Positions 29,778-39,726 of a stretch of 64,000 nucleotides of DNA are shown piece by piece. The stretch spans positions 767-64,766 of the forward strand of contig CAYSXS010000003.1 of NCBI GenBank assembly GCA_964435065.1, written 5' to 3'. Each line of letters starts with the position of its first letter. Within the stretch, counting starts at the first letter, position 1. A model generated the notes under the pieces. That model made no database searches. It was not told where the DNA came from and saw nothing but the letters and a program-made list of their open reading frames with translations. This DNA is from an uncultured Gammaproteobacteria bacterium (lineage in GTDB: Bacteria > Patescibacteriota > Patescibacteriia > UBA2196). Position numbers and translations under genes: made by a program.

Positions 29778-29802
29778 AAAACCTGGCTTTTGCCAGGTTT
29801 AA
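29778..29802 (-). terminator. intrinsic terminator downstream of the P-type ATPase
   Basis: AACCTGGC-TTTT-GCCAGGTT followed by a T-run on the minus strand. Confidence 0.55.
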
Positions 29803-29806
29803 ATAG

Positions 29807-32593
29807 TTATTTTTCCCATCTCAACTTCTTAAATATTAATTTAATAAACTCAATAACTCCAATTACTAGGAAACCTATAAAAAGAACATACGCCCAATGC
29901 CACATCCCAAGTGGCGTTGTATGAAATATTTTTTGTAAAAACGGATTATAAATCGCCAAAGATTGTAAAACAAAACCAAAAGCCACACCACCAACTAAAA
30001 ATTTATTGCTCCAAATTTTGGTTTGCCAAACAGGTTTAGATAAATCACGAACACTAAAAACATACAATAAAGTAGTAATTCCTAATATGGTAAAAGCAAT
30101 AGTGTTAGCTAAAACAAAATTATCTGGCTCTCCTTGCCAAAAAAACCAAAAAGACAAAAGAATAAACGCAGCAATAATTAAACTAATAACTGTAATCAAA
30201 AGTCTATTTTCTCGATCTAATATATCTGTTTCTTTTTTAATTGGCTTGTCCTTCATAACATCACGTGAACATGGATCTTGGGTTAAAGCCAAGGCTGGAA
30301 AAGTGTCATCAATTAAATTAACCCAAATAATTTGTGAAGCTAAAATTGGCAAAGGCCATTTCAAAATCAAGGCAATCACTATAACCAAAACTTCACATAA
30401 AGAATCCGAAAGGAAATATAGAATAATTTTTTTAATATTTTCATAGATAATCCTGCCTTGTTTTACTGCTTCCACAATTGTCTTAAAGTTGTTTTTCAGT
30501 AAAATCAAATCTGAAGCTTCTTTAGCCACATCAGTAGCTGTACCTAAAGCTACACCGATATCTGCTTTCTTTAAAGCTGGGGCATCATTAATTCCATCTC
30601 CCGTCATTGCAACAACAGCGCCTCTTTCTTGCCAAGCATTTACAATCTTTAATTTTTGTTCAGGAGTGACACGAGCATAAAGTTTAATATCTTTAACTTT
30701 TTCTTTTAAATCTGTTTCTGATATTTTTTCTAAATCCTCACCTTCCAAAATATTTTTATCCTCTATTTTAAAACCAACTTCTTCAGCAATAACTTTAGCT
30801 GTAAATTTATTATCTCCAGTAATTACTACAGAACTAATTCCTGCTTTACGGGTAATATCCATTGTTTCTTTAACGTTTTCACGTACAGGATCTTTAATAC
30901 CGACTAACCCAACTAAAACAAACTTAGTATATATATCTGGCATTGTTTGTTTAGTAAGTTTATCTTCTTCAGCCGTCTCTTCCGCTAAACTTTCAATGTG
31001 TTCTTTCATCTTATCATCAGAAATTATTTTAGCTTTAGATGACACTTTTTTGTATCCTAAAGCTAAAACACGCAAACCTTGTTTAGACATATCTTCATAA
31101 GTTTTAACAAACTTCTCACGTTTAGCAGGGGTTAACTCTTTATGGTGATTATCTTTAGTGTAGATATAGTTTGAAAAAAGTAAAACTTTTTCTGGAGCTC
31201 CTTTTAAATATATGATGTTATTATCATCATCAAACTTATTAAGAGTCATCATAAACTTGTATCTCGAATCAAAAGGAATCTCATCTAAACGAGGTGTTTG
31301 TTTTTCTAATTCATTTCTTTCCATACCTAATTGATGACCAGCTAAAAGTAATGCTCTTTCTGTTAAATTACCAACCAAGTGGTCAATCTTTAATTCACCT
31401 TCTCTATGAGCAATATATGCGTTATTACACAATGTACCTATACGTAATACAAAAAGCTGTTCCTCAGCAGCTTCAGAACTAAGTTCTGGTGCTCCACTCT
31501 TCAAATCTATTTTCACATCTTCTGTAACTACTTCTACTACCTGCATCTTTCCTTTAGTTAAAGTACCTGTTTTGTCTGCACAAATAACATTAGTTGATCC
31601 TAAAATCTCAGCTCCAAGTAATTTTTTAACCAAAGCACCTCTTTTCAAAATTCTCTGCATGCCAACAGCTAAAACAACTGTTACAATTACTGCTAATCCC
31701 TCAGGAATAGCTGAGACAGCTACAGCAACAGCTGTAGCAAACATCTCAGAAAATGAATGATTAAAAATTAAACCCAAAAATAAAATTAAAAGAGCTACAG
31801 CTAAAACCATTTTAGTTAAGAATAAAGCGAATTTATTTAACTTCTTTTGTAATGGTGTTTGTTCTTCTTTAACCCCAGCTACTAATTCAGCTATTCTACC
31901 AATAGCTGTTGAAATACCAGTTTCTACTACTACACCCATTCCACTTCCCTGTACAACATTAGTACCCATAAAGGCCATATTAATTCTTTCAGCCAAAATT
32001 GTTTTTTCATCTAAAACCTTTTTCTCCTTATTCCTTGATTCAGATTCACCGGTCAATATGGCTTCATTGATTTTTAAATCAACTATTTTGAATAAACGTA
32101 AATCTGCAGGTACTTTATCTCCTGCAGATAAAATTACTACATCTCCTGGAAATAAATCTTTAGTGTCAACCAATCTTTCTTCACCATTTCTAATAATCTT
32201 AGCTTGTGTAACTACAATCTTTTGTAAAGCTTTTAATGCGTTAGATGTTTTAATCTCTTGCCAGAAGCCTACTATAATATTAATTAAGACAGCTAGAAGA
32301 ATAATGCCCGCATCAATTACATCACCAAGAACTAAACTAATCAATGCTGCTATAACCAAAACCAAAACCATAGCTGATTTCATTTGTGACCACAAAACAT
32401 GCATCCAACCTTCGGCTTCCTTTTGTGGCAACTCATTAGTTCCACAATGAGCCCTCTTGCTTTTAATTTGTTTATCTTCCAGCCCCTTTTCCGAAGAACT
32501 CAAACGATCAAAGGTTTCTTCCAAATTAAAACTCCACCACTTTACTTCACGTGGCTTTTCTTTTTCTTCTGTTTTGTCTTTTATCTTTAACAT
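29807..32593 (-). CDS. P-type cation-transporting ATPase (type IIA/Ca2+-like)
   Basis: CADKTGTLT phosphorylation motif; TGDGINDAPALKKADIGVALG hinge; about 10 TM helices. Confidence 0.85.
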   Translation of the reverse strand: MLKIKDKTEEKEKPREVKWWSFNLEETFDRLSSSEKGLEDKQIKSKRAHCGTNELPQKEAEGWMHVLWSQMKSAMVLVLVIAALISLVLGDVIDAGIILLAVLINIIVGFWQEIKTSNALKALQKIVVTQAKIIRNGEERLVDTKDLFPGDVVILSAGDKVPADLRLFKIVDLKINEAILTGESESRNKEKKVLDEKTILAERINMAFMGTNVVQGSGMGVVVETGISTAIGRIAELVAGVKEEQTPLQKKLNKFALFLTKMVLAVALLILFLGLIFNHSFSEMFATAVAVAVSAIPEGLAVIVTVVLAVGMQRILKRGALVKKLLGAEILGSTNVICADKTGTLTKGKMQVVEVVTEDVKIDLKSGAPELSSEAAEEQLFVLRIGTLCNNAYIAHREGELKIDHLVGNLTERALLLAGHQLGMERNELEKQTPRLDEIPFDSRYKFMMTLNKFDDDNNIIYLKGAPEKVLLFSNYIYTKDNHHKELTPAKREKFVKTYEDMSKQGLRVLALGYKKVSSKAKIISDDKMKEHIESLAEETAEEDKLTKQTMPDIYTKFVLVGLVGIKDPVRENVKETMDITRKAGISSVVITGDNKFTAKVIAEEVGFKIEDKNILEGEDLEKISETDLKEKVKDIKLYARVTPEQKLKIVNAWQERGAVVAMTGDGINDAPALKKADIGVALGTATDVAKEASDLILLKNNFKTIVEAVKQGRIIYENIKKIILYFLSDSLCEVLVIVIALILKWPLPILASQIIWVNLIDDTFPALALTQDPCSRDVMKDKPIKKETDILDRENRLLITVISLIIAAFILLSFWFFWQGEPDNFVLANTIAFTILGITTLLYVFSVRDLSKPVWQTKIWSNKFLVGGVAFGFVLQSLAIYNPFLQKIFHTTPLGMWHWAYVLFIGFLVIGVIEFIKLIFKKLRWEK

Positions 32594-32626
32594 TCATCCT
32601 TATTATATATCATTTTAGGGAATAAA

Positions 32627-32665
32627 AAAACCCACATCGTATTGTGTACAATGTGGGACAATCTC
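32627..32665 (-). terminator. intrinsic terminator of the T9SS-CTD gene
   Basis: CCCACAT-loop-ATGTGGG followed by TTTTTTT on the minus strand. Confidence 0.55.
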
Positions 32666-32685
32666 TTTGAGATTGTTTAAAGAAC

Positions 32686-34095
32686 TTATTTCAACAGAAT
32701 CATTCGCCTCGAAGAAACAAAATCACCTGCTTGGATGCGACAGAAATATATGCCGCTTGGTAGCTCCGTTGCGTTCCATTCAGTCTTATAATCTCCGGCT
32801 GTCTGTTGTTCAGAGACTAATTCAGCAACTTTCCGACCATTAACGTCATAAATAACCAACTCAACATGATTATCCGCCGGTAAGTTATATTGAATAGTTG
32901 TTACAGGATTAAATGGATTTGGATAATTCTGGTGTAATTCAAAATTATTAGGAATACTCTCTACTGCCCCATCGAGCATGTTAATTCCCATAATTTGATA
33001 AAATTTATCCAGATCCAATTTTCCAAAATCTGCTTCAACCTGACTAAGAACCTGTTTTTTTGAAAGATTTTTCGCCAAAGAATTGTTAGCACAACTTGGC
33101 AATTCAAAGGATCCTATTAATAATTGGCAATCCTGAGTTACTGGTAACATGTATGCCCGGCCAGGTTCAAGGGTATCGGTTTCAACACAAACTTGTCCGC
33201 CGTCGATATAAAATGCAACGGGCATGAACGAATTAACAGGAAAACTGTTAATTCCTCCATTAATTGGTGTTCCTTTTTTTGAATAAGGAACAGCAACCGG
33301 CCACCAACCCTTAACCGCATCCGTAACAATAAAATCTACTGGTCTACCACGACAGGTCCAAACACTACTTGTTAACCCATCACCATTAAAATATATAAGG
33401 TATGGTTCGACAGGATAATAAAGACCATGCCAAATAGGTCTCCAAACACCACTAACAAAAGCAAGTGTTGGCCAATCGTATGGTGAATAATGGCCACCAT
33501 CTTGATATTGAAAATGGTGTACCGGTATAGATGTTGTTCTCATACCCAAAACATCCATTGGTATTTGAAATTGGATATCTTCTCCTATATAAACACGACA
33601 CCTACCTTCAACATCTACTTTCTGAGGAAAGTGTCCTGTCATAAAGAGACAGGAATCCAACGTCACTCTTGCCATTTTTGTCATCAGCGTATCAATCACA
33701 GGAATGGTAATTTCAAGAGTTGTAAGATACCAAAACGAATCCAAATAAGTTGTTCGTTTTCCATTGATAGCAAACCGCCTAACAAAACCAGTTGAATCAT
33801 TGGTTATCTCTTTAAAATTAAATGACATGTTTGTGTCCAAGACACTAGTAAGAAATAATCCGTGGGTCGTGCTTATCTCAAAATAGACAGAGTCTATTGA
33901 GAAGCCGGCTGGGTATTGAACCCAACTATGAAATGTACCCCATCGAATTTCTAAACTTACCAAATCACCAGTCATTGCATGATTTTCCATTGGCCCCATT
34001 GTCATCCATAAGTCCGGTGTGGATTCTTGAGTAAATCCAAAAGAAGAAATAACCAATAATATTAAAATACTACTAACTACGACTCTTTTTACCAT
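32686..34095 (-). CDS. secreted protein with a T9SS-type (Por_Secre_tail) C-terminal sorting domain; higher GC than the host
   Basis: The true start is the ATG at 34095 (GGAGG RBS, signal peptide MVKRVVVSSILILLVISSFGF). The C-terminus HQNYPNPFNPVTTIQYNLPADNHVELVIYDVNGRKV...GIYFCRIQAGDFVSSRRMILLK matches the T9SS sorting-domain consensus. The track's 5' extension to 34182 is a TTG inside the promoter. Confidence 0.65.
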   Translation of the reverse strand: MVKRVVVSSILILLVISSFGFTQESTPDLWMTMGPMENHAMTGDLVSLEIRWGTFHSWVQYPAGFSIDSVYFEISTTHGLFLTSVLDTNMSFNFKEITNDSTGFVRRFAINGKRTTYLDSFWYLTTLEITIPVIDTLMTKMARVTLDSCLFMTGHFPQKVDVEGRCRVYIGEDIQFQIPMDVLGMRTTSIPVHHFQYQDGGHYSPYDWPTLAFVSGVWRPIWHGLYYPVEPYLIYFNGDGLTSSVWTCRGRPVDFIVTDAVKGWWPVAVPYSKKGTPINGGINSFPVNSFMPVAFYIDGGQVCVETDTLEPGRAYMLPVTQDCQLLIGSFELPSCANNSLAKNLSKKQVLSQVEADFGKLDLDKFYQIMGINMLDGAVESIPNNFELHQNYPNPFNPVTTIQYNLPADNHVELVIYDVNGRKVAELVSEQQTAGDYKTEWNATELPSGIYFCRIQAGDFVSSRRMILLK

Positions 34096-34153
34096 AACAA
34101 AGTCCTCCTGAAAAATGAATAAATATAATGAATTAAAAACGTACTGTGTGCAT

Positions 34154-34182
34154 ATATTAACATTTATACACCTTTTTGTCAA
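34154..34182 (-). promoter_or_regulatory. sigma70-like promoter of the T9SS-CTD gene
   Basis: On the minus strand: TTGACA (34182-34177), 17-nt spacer, TAATAT (34159-34154). Confidence 0.45.
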
Positions 34183-34227
34183 CCCTAAAAAACAAACAAA
34201 AAATGGCTATAATTAGCCAAAATATAT

Positions 34228-34278
34228 ACCCGAATCTAGGTTCGGGTTACTAATTTAGGGGGGAACCTAGGTTCCCCC
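34228..34278 (-). terminator. two tandem GC-rich palindromic hairpins sharing a CTAGG core, downstream of the 373-aa gene
   Basis: ACCCGAATCTAGGTTCGGGT and the 20-nt perfect palindrome GGGGGAACCTAGGTTCCCCC, followed by a T-rich tract on the minus strand. Confidence 0.5.
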
Positions 34279-34282
34279 TACC

Positions 34283-35404
34283 TTATTTAACCTCTTTTAA
34301 TATCAAACTACCTAGATTATACTCTAATTTCTGTCCTGTAAACATGTCTGTGCCTGATATTTGTACATTATCTATAAGTCTAAAATTAGCACTTGTAGGA
34401 ATAAACTCTATTTCAAAGTTAGATTGTATAGTATTTAAAGTATTTAATTCTTTAATTTCCCAGGTTATTATGTTTGAGCCAAATTTTAAAGGTTCTCCTT
34501 TATTAACAACAAAGTCATCTGTCCAATTAATTTGGTCAGATAATTTTATTGTCACCACTACATCTTTAATACGATTTAAATAATTTAAAGGTTGTACAAA
34601 AATTCTTACAGATGTTTCTTCTCCAATTACTGGTGGCCAAGCACCAAATCCTAATTGTTCCCCTTCTTTAGTAAAATATATATAGCTTGCAGAAATTTTT
34701 AAATCACTAGAAACTTTAACTTGCATAGCATCTGTATCTTGTTCAAAAATTTGATTTGAAATTATTCCAGAGATATTTGCTTGAGATGATATTTTTGGAT
34801 TAGAAACAGGTATGATATTTTTAACTTTAAAGATATAGCTTAAACTTACCTCTTCGTTACTTTCTAAACTAGTTAAACTTTCATTCTGTTTTGATGACCA
34901 AATAATATTATTACCCTCTACATCTCCTTGTGTATTTAAAGATTCAAAATCAATTGCTTGTCCTTGTAAATCTACTTTAACTATTACATCTTCCATTATA
35001 TTAGAAGTAATATTTTTAAAAGTTAAAACATATTCCAATTCATCACCTGGCTTAGCAGGCAAAGTCCCCTCTTTGTTAACAAGAAAACTAGCATCTATGT
35101 ATGGCCCATTAATTACTTGATTATGTTTAGGAACAAAAATATTTGGAATATCAAATTGTTTAAATATTAATATTGCATTGGTTATTAATAACAAGATGAT
35201 AATTATGACAAACATAACATCCATTACTAAATGATGTTTTTTCTCACGATAATGTTTATCATAGCGTTTACGCGCAGGTCTAGTAAATACATTCAATGTA
35301 CGAATGTAAATAGGGCGACGTGGTTCTTGTAAGTCGCTTTTTTCAATAATTTGTTCGTCTTTTGAGACGTCAATTATTTCTTTTTTGTTATTATCTTCAT
35401 TCAT
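34283..35404 (-). CDS. hypothetical membrane-anchored surface protein
   Basis: Charged N-terminus, one TM helix (VMFVIIIILLLITNAILIF), about 280-aa beta-rich ectodomain. Confidence 0.4.
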   Translation of the reverse strand: MNEDNNKKEIIDVSKDEQIIEKSDLQEPRRPIYIRTLNVFTRPARKRYDKHYREKKHHLVMDVMFVIIIILLLITNAILIFKQFDIPNIFVPKHNQVINGPYIDASFLVNKEGTLPAKPGDELEYVLTFKNITSNIMEDVIVKVDLQGQAIDFESLNTQGDVEGNNIIWSSKQNESLTSLESNEEVSLSYIFKVKNIIPVSNPKISSQANISGIISNQIFEQDTDAMQVKVSSDLKISASYIYFTKEGEQLGFGAWPPVIGEETSVRIFVQPLNYLNRIKDVVVTIKLSDQINWTDDFVVNKGEPLKFGSNIITWEIKELNTLNTIQSNFEIEFIPTSANFRLIDNVQISGTDMFTGQKLEYNLGSLILKEVK

Positions 35405-35412
35405 ATATATTT

Positions 35413-37428
35413 TTATTGCATTCCTAATATTTCTACTTGTCCATCATTATCAATATCTACAGCAGCTACTTTAACGCCATTTCTAGATGATGAATCAAAG
35501 GCAAAGAATCCAGGATCTACTAAATGCCCTATTTTATCATAAATCATAATATGAGGACCTCCAGTTCTTCCTGCACCTGTAATTATCTCATCTTTACCAT
35601 CATAATTCAAATCCATACATGTAACATTTACACCACCTCTAAAGTTCTTGTTATATGGAAAAAATCCTGGATCAAACAAATGTCCTGTATAATCAAATAT
35701 CATTACATGAGGACCGCCACCAAAACCTGCTCCTGTTACAATCTCTTTATACCCATTTCCATTTAAATCACCTAAAGCCACTTGTACACCACCTCTAAAG
35801 TTGGGATGATAAGCCATCCAACCTTTATGTAATGTTTCTCCATTATAGTTAAATATCTTAACATTAGGACTTGCTCCATTTTGCGTACCAGTTACAATTT
35901 CTAATTTAGAATCATCTTGAACATTGCCTACAGCAATGTTTATACCTCTTGTATATGATTCCCCGTAAGGATAAAATTTCTTTATTAAAACATCATTTTT
36001 AAATATCTGTATATCTGATTTACCAGCAACAATTTTTTCTTTAACACCATCTTTGTCTATATCAATATTAATTATCTGAACTCCACCAGGAAAATTAGGA
36101 TCGTAAGCATAAAAACCTGCTCTTTTAGAATTTCCTCTTTTATCAAAAACACGGACAAAATCACCATTAGTAAAAACTACATCTGTAATTTCTTCACCTT
36201 CTAATTTACGAAGAAGAATTATTCCATCCTCTGGTTGTAAAGTTACTTTTTTAACCAAACGTCCATTATTAACATTCAGATCTTGTGTCCCACGAATTTT
36301 TTCATAAACACCATTACTACCTAAATCAATTGTTTTAGTTTGATTAGTTGAGTTAACTAAAGCAACGCCATTAGAAAAATCTCTTTGCCACACGCTTGGA
36401 ATATATTTATTATCTGAACCAAATAAATTTTTAGAATCTCCAACAGGTTGTCCTAAATTAATATTGTATTCATCATACCACCAAATAGCTTCGTGTTTAG
36501 CAATTGAATTATCATAACCAAAATATGCATCACCTATTAAACTTGATGTTAAGCCAAAACGCATATTTTGATAATCATTTTGATTCCCTAAACCATTTAA
36601 AACAAACATTTGTGAATAACCAACTTGGTTCTGATTTGTCTTTAAAGCATTCATTGAATCTTGCCAACGTCCACTGCCTTGCCACGGTGTTGGAAAATCT
36701 TCAAACATGCGACCATTAACATTTGATTGGTATTTAATTTCTGATGCGCCATTAATAACAAGGATATATTTTGAACCAAAAGTTTGTCTTGAATTCTTAA
36801 GTAATTTTTCAAACCCCAATTTCCATTGATTATCAATATATCCAGCTGTATCTTTTTTTCTATCATTATTAATATCAATATTTCCATTGTTCGCCCATGC
36901 AATCCCCGGATCAACCATGTCATAAAAAATACCATCCCATAATCCTGTATCTAAAACTTTACTTTTCACATATCCAGGAAACCAATCAGACCAATCACTA
37001 GATACATTAATATTTTTAATTCCAGGCCAAGTTGATATTGTATTTCCACTAGGATCTTTTAACCACCAAGAACTTTTAATTTGTTGTTTTAATTGATAAT
37101 TAAAACTTCTAGTATCACCTAAAGCAGAAGTGTTAACACTCTGAGCTGGAGTATATGCCAATATTTTTATGTCTGGATTCTTACTTCTTGCATAATTAAA
37201 AAAAGCCTCATTGTACAATTGAGTATCAATAGGCAAAATAACTAGGTCATATTTAGCTAAACTATCATAATCAAAGCTTTGATCTGATGATAGATAATAG
37301 TTAGCTAACTTAGGATAATCCAAAACAGCTGAACCCTGTTCAGCGGAAACAAAAAAACCTATTAAAAATAGGCTAAAGATAAGGATATATCTACTTAATA
37401 TTTTCATGTTTTTAAGTACCATTAACAT
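35413..37428 (-). CDS. secreted protein with an N-terminal glycoside-hydrolase-like domain and C-terminal FG-GAP (integrin-alpha-like) repeats
   Basis: Signal peptide; C-terminal repeats FPGGVQIINIDIDKDGVKE / FRGGVQVALGDLNGNGYKEIVTGAG / FRGGVNVTCMDLNYDGKDEIITGAG / NGVKVAAVDIDNDGQVE. Confidence 0.5.
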   Translation of the reverse strand: MLMVLKNMKILSRYILIFSLFLIGFFVSAEQGSAVLDYPKLANYYLSSDQSFDYDSLAKYDLVILPIDTQLYNEAFFNYARSKNPDIKILAYTPAQSVNTSALGDTRSFNYQLKQQIKSSWWLKDPSGNTISTWPGIKNINVSSDWSDWFPGYVKSKVLDTGLWDGIFYDMVDPGIAWANNGNIDINNDRKKDTAGYIDNQWKLGFEKLLKNSRQTFGSKYILVINGASEIKYQSNVNGRMFEDFPTPWQGSGRWQDSMNALKTNQNQVGYSQMFVLNGLGNQNDYQNMRFGLTSSLIGDAYFGYDNSIAKHEAIWWYDEYNINLGQPVGDSKNLFGSDNKYIPSVWQRDFSNGVALVNSTNQTKTIDLGSNGVYEKIRGTQDLNVNNGRLVKKVTLQPEDGIILLRKLEGEEITDVVFTNGDFVRVFDKRGNSKRAGFYAYDPNFPGGVQIINIDIDKDGVKEKIVAGKSDIQIFKNDVLIKKFYPYGESYTRGINIAVGNVQDDSKLEIVTGTQNGASPNVKIFNYNGETLHKGWMAYHPNFRGGVQVALGDLNGNGYKEIVTGAGFGGGPHVMIFDYTGHLFDPGFFPYNKNFRGGVNVTCMDLNYDGKDEIITGAGRTGGPHIMIYDKIGHLVDPGFFAFDSSSRNGVKVAAVDIDNDGQVEILGMQ

Positions 37429-37463
37429 CCTTTATTATATCAAAAATAATCTAGTTTGTCAAG

Positions 37464-38678
37464 TTAAGGCTTAAAAACAAGGTTTATGAGTGTTTTATAA
37501 TATTCTACTGGATTATTGTTATTTAAAACAAATTTTTTAACTTTCTCTCCTTCTTTCTGAACCACTCTACTATTTTTCCATAAATATTCAATCTTGTTTA
37601 TCAAATCTTTTTCATTACTTATATTAAAAAGAAAACCTTTATTTAAAATTATTTCTGGTAACCCACCCATATTACTAACTAATGCTGGTACTCCTAAAGA
37701 GTAGCTTTCTAAAATAGATAAAGGATAATTTTCATACCACTTAGATGGGACAACAATAAAAGAAGAATTAGAAATATATGAAGATAATTCTTCACCACTT
37801 TTGTACCCAAGTAATTCTACATTATCTAAATGATATGATTCAATTTGTAATTTAATTTTTTCCTCTTCAGGACCACTACCAATAATTTTTAAATTAACAT
37901 TTGGTAAATGTTGCATTGTATTTATTAAAACATCAATCCCCTTTTCTGTAGACAAACGACCAAAGTACAAAACATATTTTTCATTGAAATCTTTTTTAAT
38001 ATTTTTATTCAAGGGATTAATAAAATATGGCAAATGAATTAATCTTTTTTCATCCCAACCAGCCTGAACAAATTTTGTATACATGAATTTGCTTGGACAA
38101 ATTACCATATCAATGTTCTTACGGTAAACATTTAAAACCGAATGATGCCACCAAGTTTCTAAACCTGAAATCAAACTAGCTGAAAAAGAATTCCTAACAC
38201 ATCTATCTGAAATACATCTTAAAAATTTGTGACCACAAATTTTATCATAAACCTTTCCCCTAACAAACATGTTTTTATTTGGAGATAATAGCCCATAATC
38301 ATGTGCAACTAAAACAGTTTTAATTTTATTTTTCTTTAATACTGATAAAATTGAAGGTGAAATTTGATGATAAAAATTATGTAAAAAAGCCACTTCTGGT
38401 TTTTCTTTTTTAATAAGTTTCTTAATTTTTCTTTTTGCTTCACATGACCAAAAAAACCTACTAGCTGTTCTAATGCTTTGCCATATATTTGTAGATTTTT
38501 CTGTTTGAATTTTAGAAACAAAATATTTATCATATTTTGTTTTAAAATTCTTCTCATGTTTCATTGCAAAAGGAATAACTGTATTTCCTTTTTTTTCAAG
38601 TAATCTTGAAAGTTCAAAGTAGAAGCGTTCTGCCCCACCAGCTATATAATGAAACTTGTTAATATTTAATATCTTCAT
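37464..38678 (-). CDS. GT4-family glycosyltransferase
   Basis: GT-B fold; C-terminal E-x7-E region ...VPSKWYENYPLSILESYSLGVPALV... Confidence 0.75.
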   Translation of the reverse strand: MKILNINKFHYIAGGAERFYFELSRLLEKKGNTVIPFAMKHEKNFKTKYDKYFVSKIQTEKSTNIWQSIRTASRFFWSCEAKRKIKKLIKKEKPEVAFLHNFYHQISPSILSVLKKNKIKTVLVAHDYGLLSPNKNMFVRGKVYDKICGHKFLRCISDRCVRNSFSASLISGLETWWHHSVLNVYRKNIDMVICPSKFMYTKFVQAGWDEKRLIHLPYFINPLNKNIKKDFNEKYVLYFGRLSTEKGIDVLINTMQHLPNVNLKIIGSGPEEEKIKLQIESYHLDNVELLGYKSGEELSSYISNSSFIVVPSKWYENYPLSILESYSLGVPALVSNMGGLPEIILNKGFLFNISNEKDLINKIEYLWKNSRVVQKEGEKVKKFVLNNNNPVEYYKTLINLVFKP

Positions 38679-39667
38679 AATTTAATAAATTTGCTTTTTA
38701 AAACCCACAAACCAACAAAAAATATATTCCTTCTAATAGCTGTACGTACTGTACAAATCATCCATGATGGTTGTGCTAAACCACTTTTAAGCTTGCTTCT
38801 TAACTCATCATTCTTGTTTGTACACCAAGCTTGTTTAAAATCTTTTGCTTTAGATAAGTTACCCATTAATTGACTATCAACAACTGAAGGATATATATCT
38901 CCTTTGGGATCCATAAAAAAATGATCATATGCTGCTTGTATTGGTAGTTTCCTTCCTTTACCAATTAAAAAGTTGTATAACCCATTAACATAGTACGCAC
39001 GGGCCCATTTCTTTAAAGACCATGTCTTTAATTCTTTTTTAATTACATATTTGAAAATTTCTTTCATTTTAACATTATCATGTCTCAACACATTCTTCTT
39101 ATTACCAAAATATATATCAGAATTTTGCATAGCTGACATTGTAAATTCAACTTTTAATTTACGAGACAAATCAAAAACTTTCTTCATTTCATTTAAATTA
39201 TCATTTGTTAATGTAAAAGCTATTTTAATCTTCTTTACCCCTATTTTTTTCAATATCTCTATTGTTTCTAAAGCTTTAATATATATCCCATCAATTCCAC
39301 GTACTTTGTCATGAACTTTACCTATTCCATCAATTGAAATAGCTACGCCAATATTTGGATCAATTTTTAAAATATCTCCTACTCTTTGTTTAATTAATTC
39401 TACAGCCAAACCATTTGATGAGAATATGATATTGGAATTAGGACAAGTTTTTTTAATATTTGATATAATCTCAACAATTTTTGAATGTAAAAAAGGTTCA
39501 CCACCAGAAATATTAATATATTTTAATTCTCTTGGTAGTTTTGAATAACTCAAAACATCCATATCGTCATGGTTTTTAATTTGCCAAATGTCACACATCT
39601 TACATTTAGCATTACACCTATATGTCACAGCCAAAACTGCATCAATTGGCATTTTACAATTTTTCAT
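38675..39667 (-). CDS. radical SAM protein (no SPASM-type second cluster evident)
   Basis: CNAKCKMC (CxxxCxxC) at the N-terminus; the probable start is the ATG at 39667 (the track start 39679 is a GTG); 4-nt overlap with the GT4 gene. Confidence 0.7.
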   Translation of the reverse strand: MKNCKMPIDAVLAVTYRCNAKCKMCDIWQIKNHDDMDVLSYSKLPRELKYINISGGEPFLHSKIVEIISNIKKTCPNSNIIFSSNGLAVELIKQRVGDILKIDPNIGVAISIDGIGKVHDKVRGIDGIYIKALETIEILKKIGVKKIKIAFTLTNDNLNEMKKVFDLSRKLKVEFTMSAMQNSDIYFGNKKNVLRHDNVKMKEIFKYVIKKELKTWSLKKWARAYYVNGLYNFLIGKGRKLPIQAAYDHFFMDPKGDIYPSVVDSQLMGNLSKAKDFKQAWCTNKNDELRSKLKSGLAQPSWMICTVRTAIRRNIFFVGLWVLKSKFIKL

Positions 39668-39680
39668 AATGTTTAACACC

Positions 39681-39722
39681 CAATTTCAGTTATGGGACAT
39701 ATATGTCCCATAACTGAAATTG
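39681..39722. repeat. 42-bp perfect palindrome between abiEii and the radical SAM gene
   Basis: CAATTTCAGTTATGGGACATATATGTCCCATAACTGAAATTG is its own reverse complement. Confidence 0.8.
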
Positions 39723-39726
39723 AGTG

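Noticed and set aside
32686-34182. ORF-track 5' extension of the T9SS-CTD gene (MTKRCINVNICTQYV...).
   Set aside because: The extension begins at a TTG that is the -35 hexamer (TTGACA) of the gene's own promoter. The true start is the ATG at 34095 with a GGAGG RBS and signal peptide.
34204-34219. Palindrome TGGCTATAATTAGCCA, similar to CGGCTAAAATTAGCCT at 47848-47863; considered as a shared operator motif.
   Set aside because: Only two copies were seen, at non-equivalent positions relative to start codons, and such TAATTA-core palindromes arise easily in AT-rich DNA. Kept as a low-priority note only.
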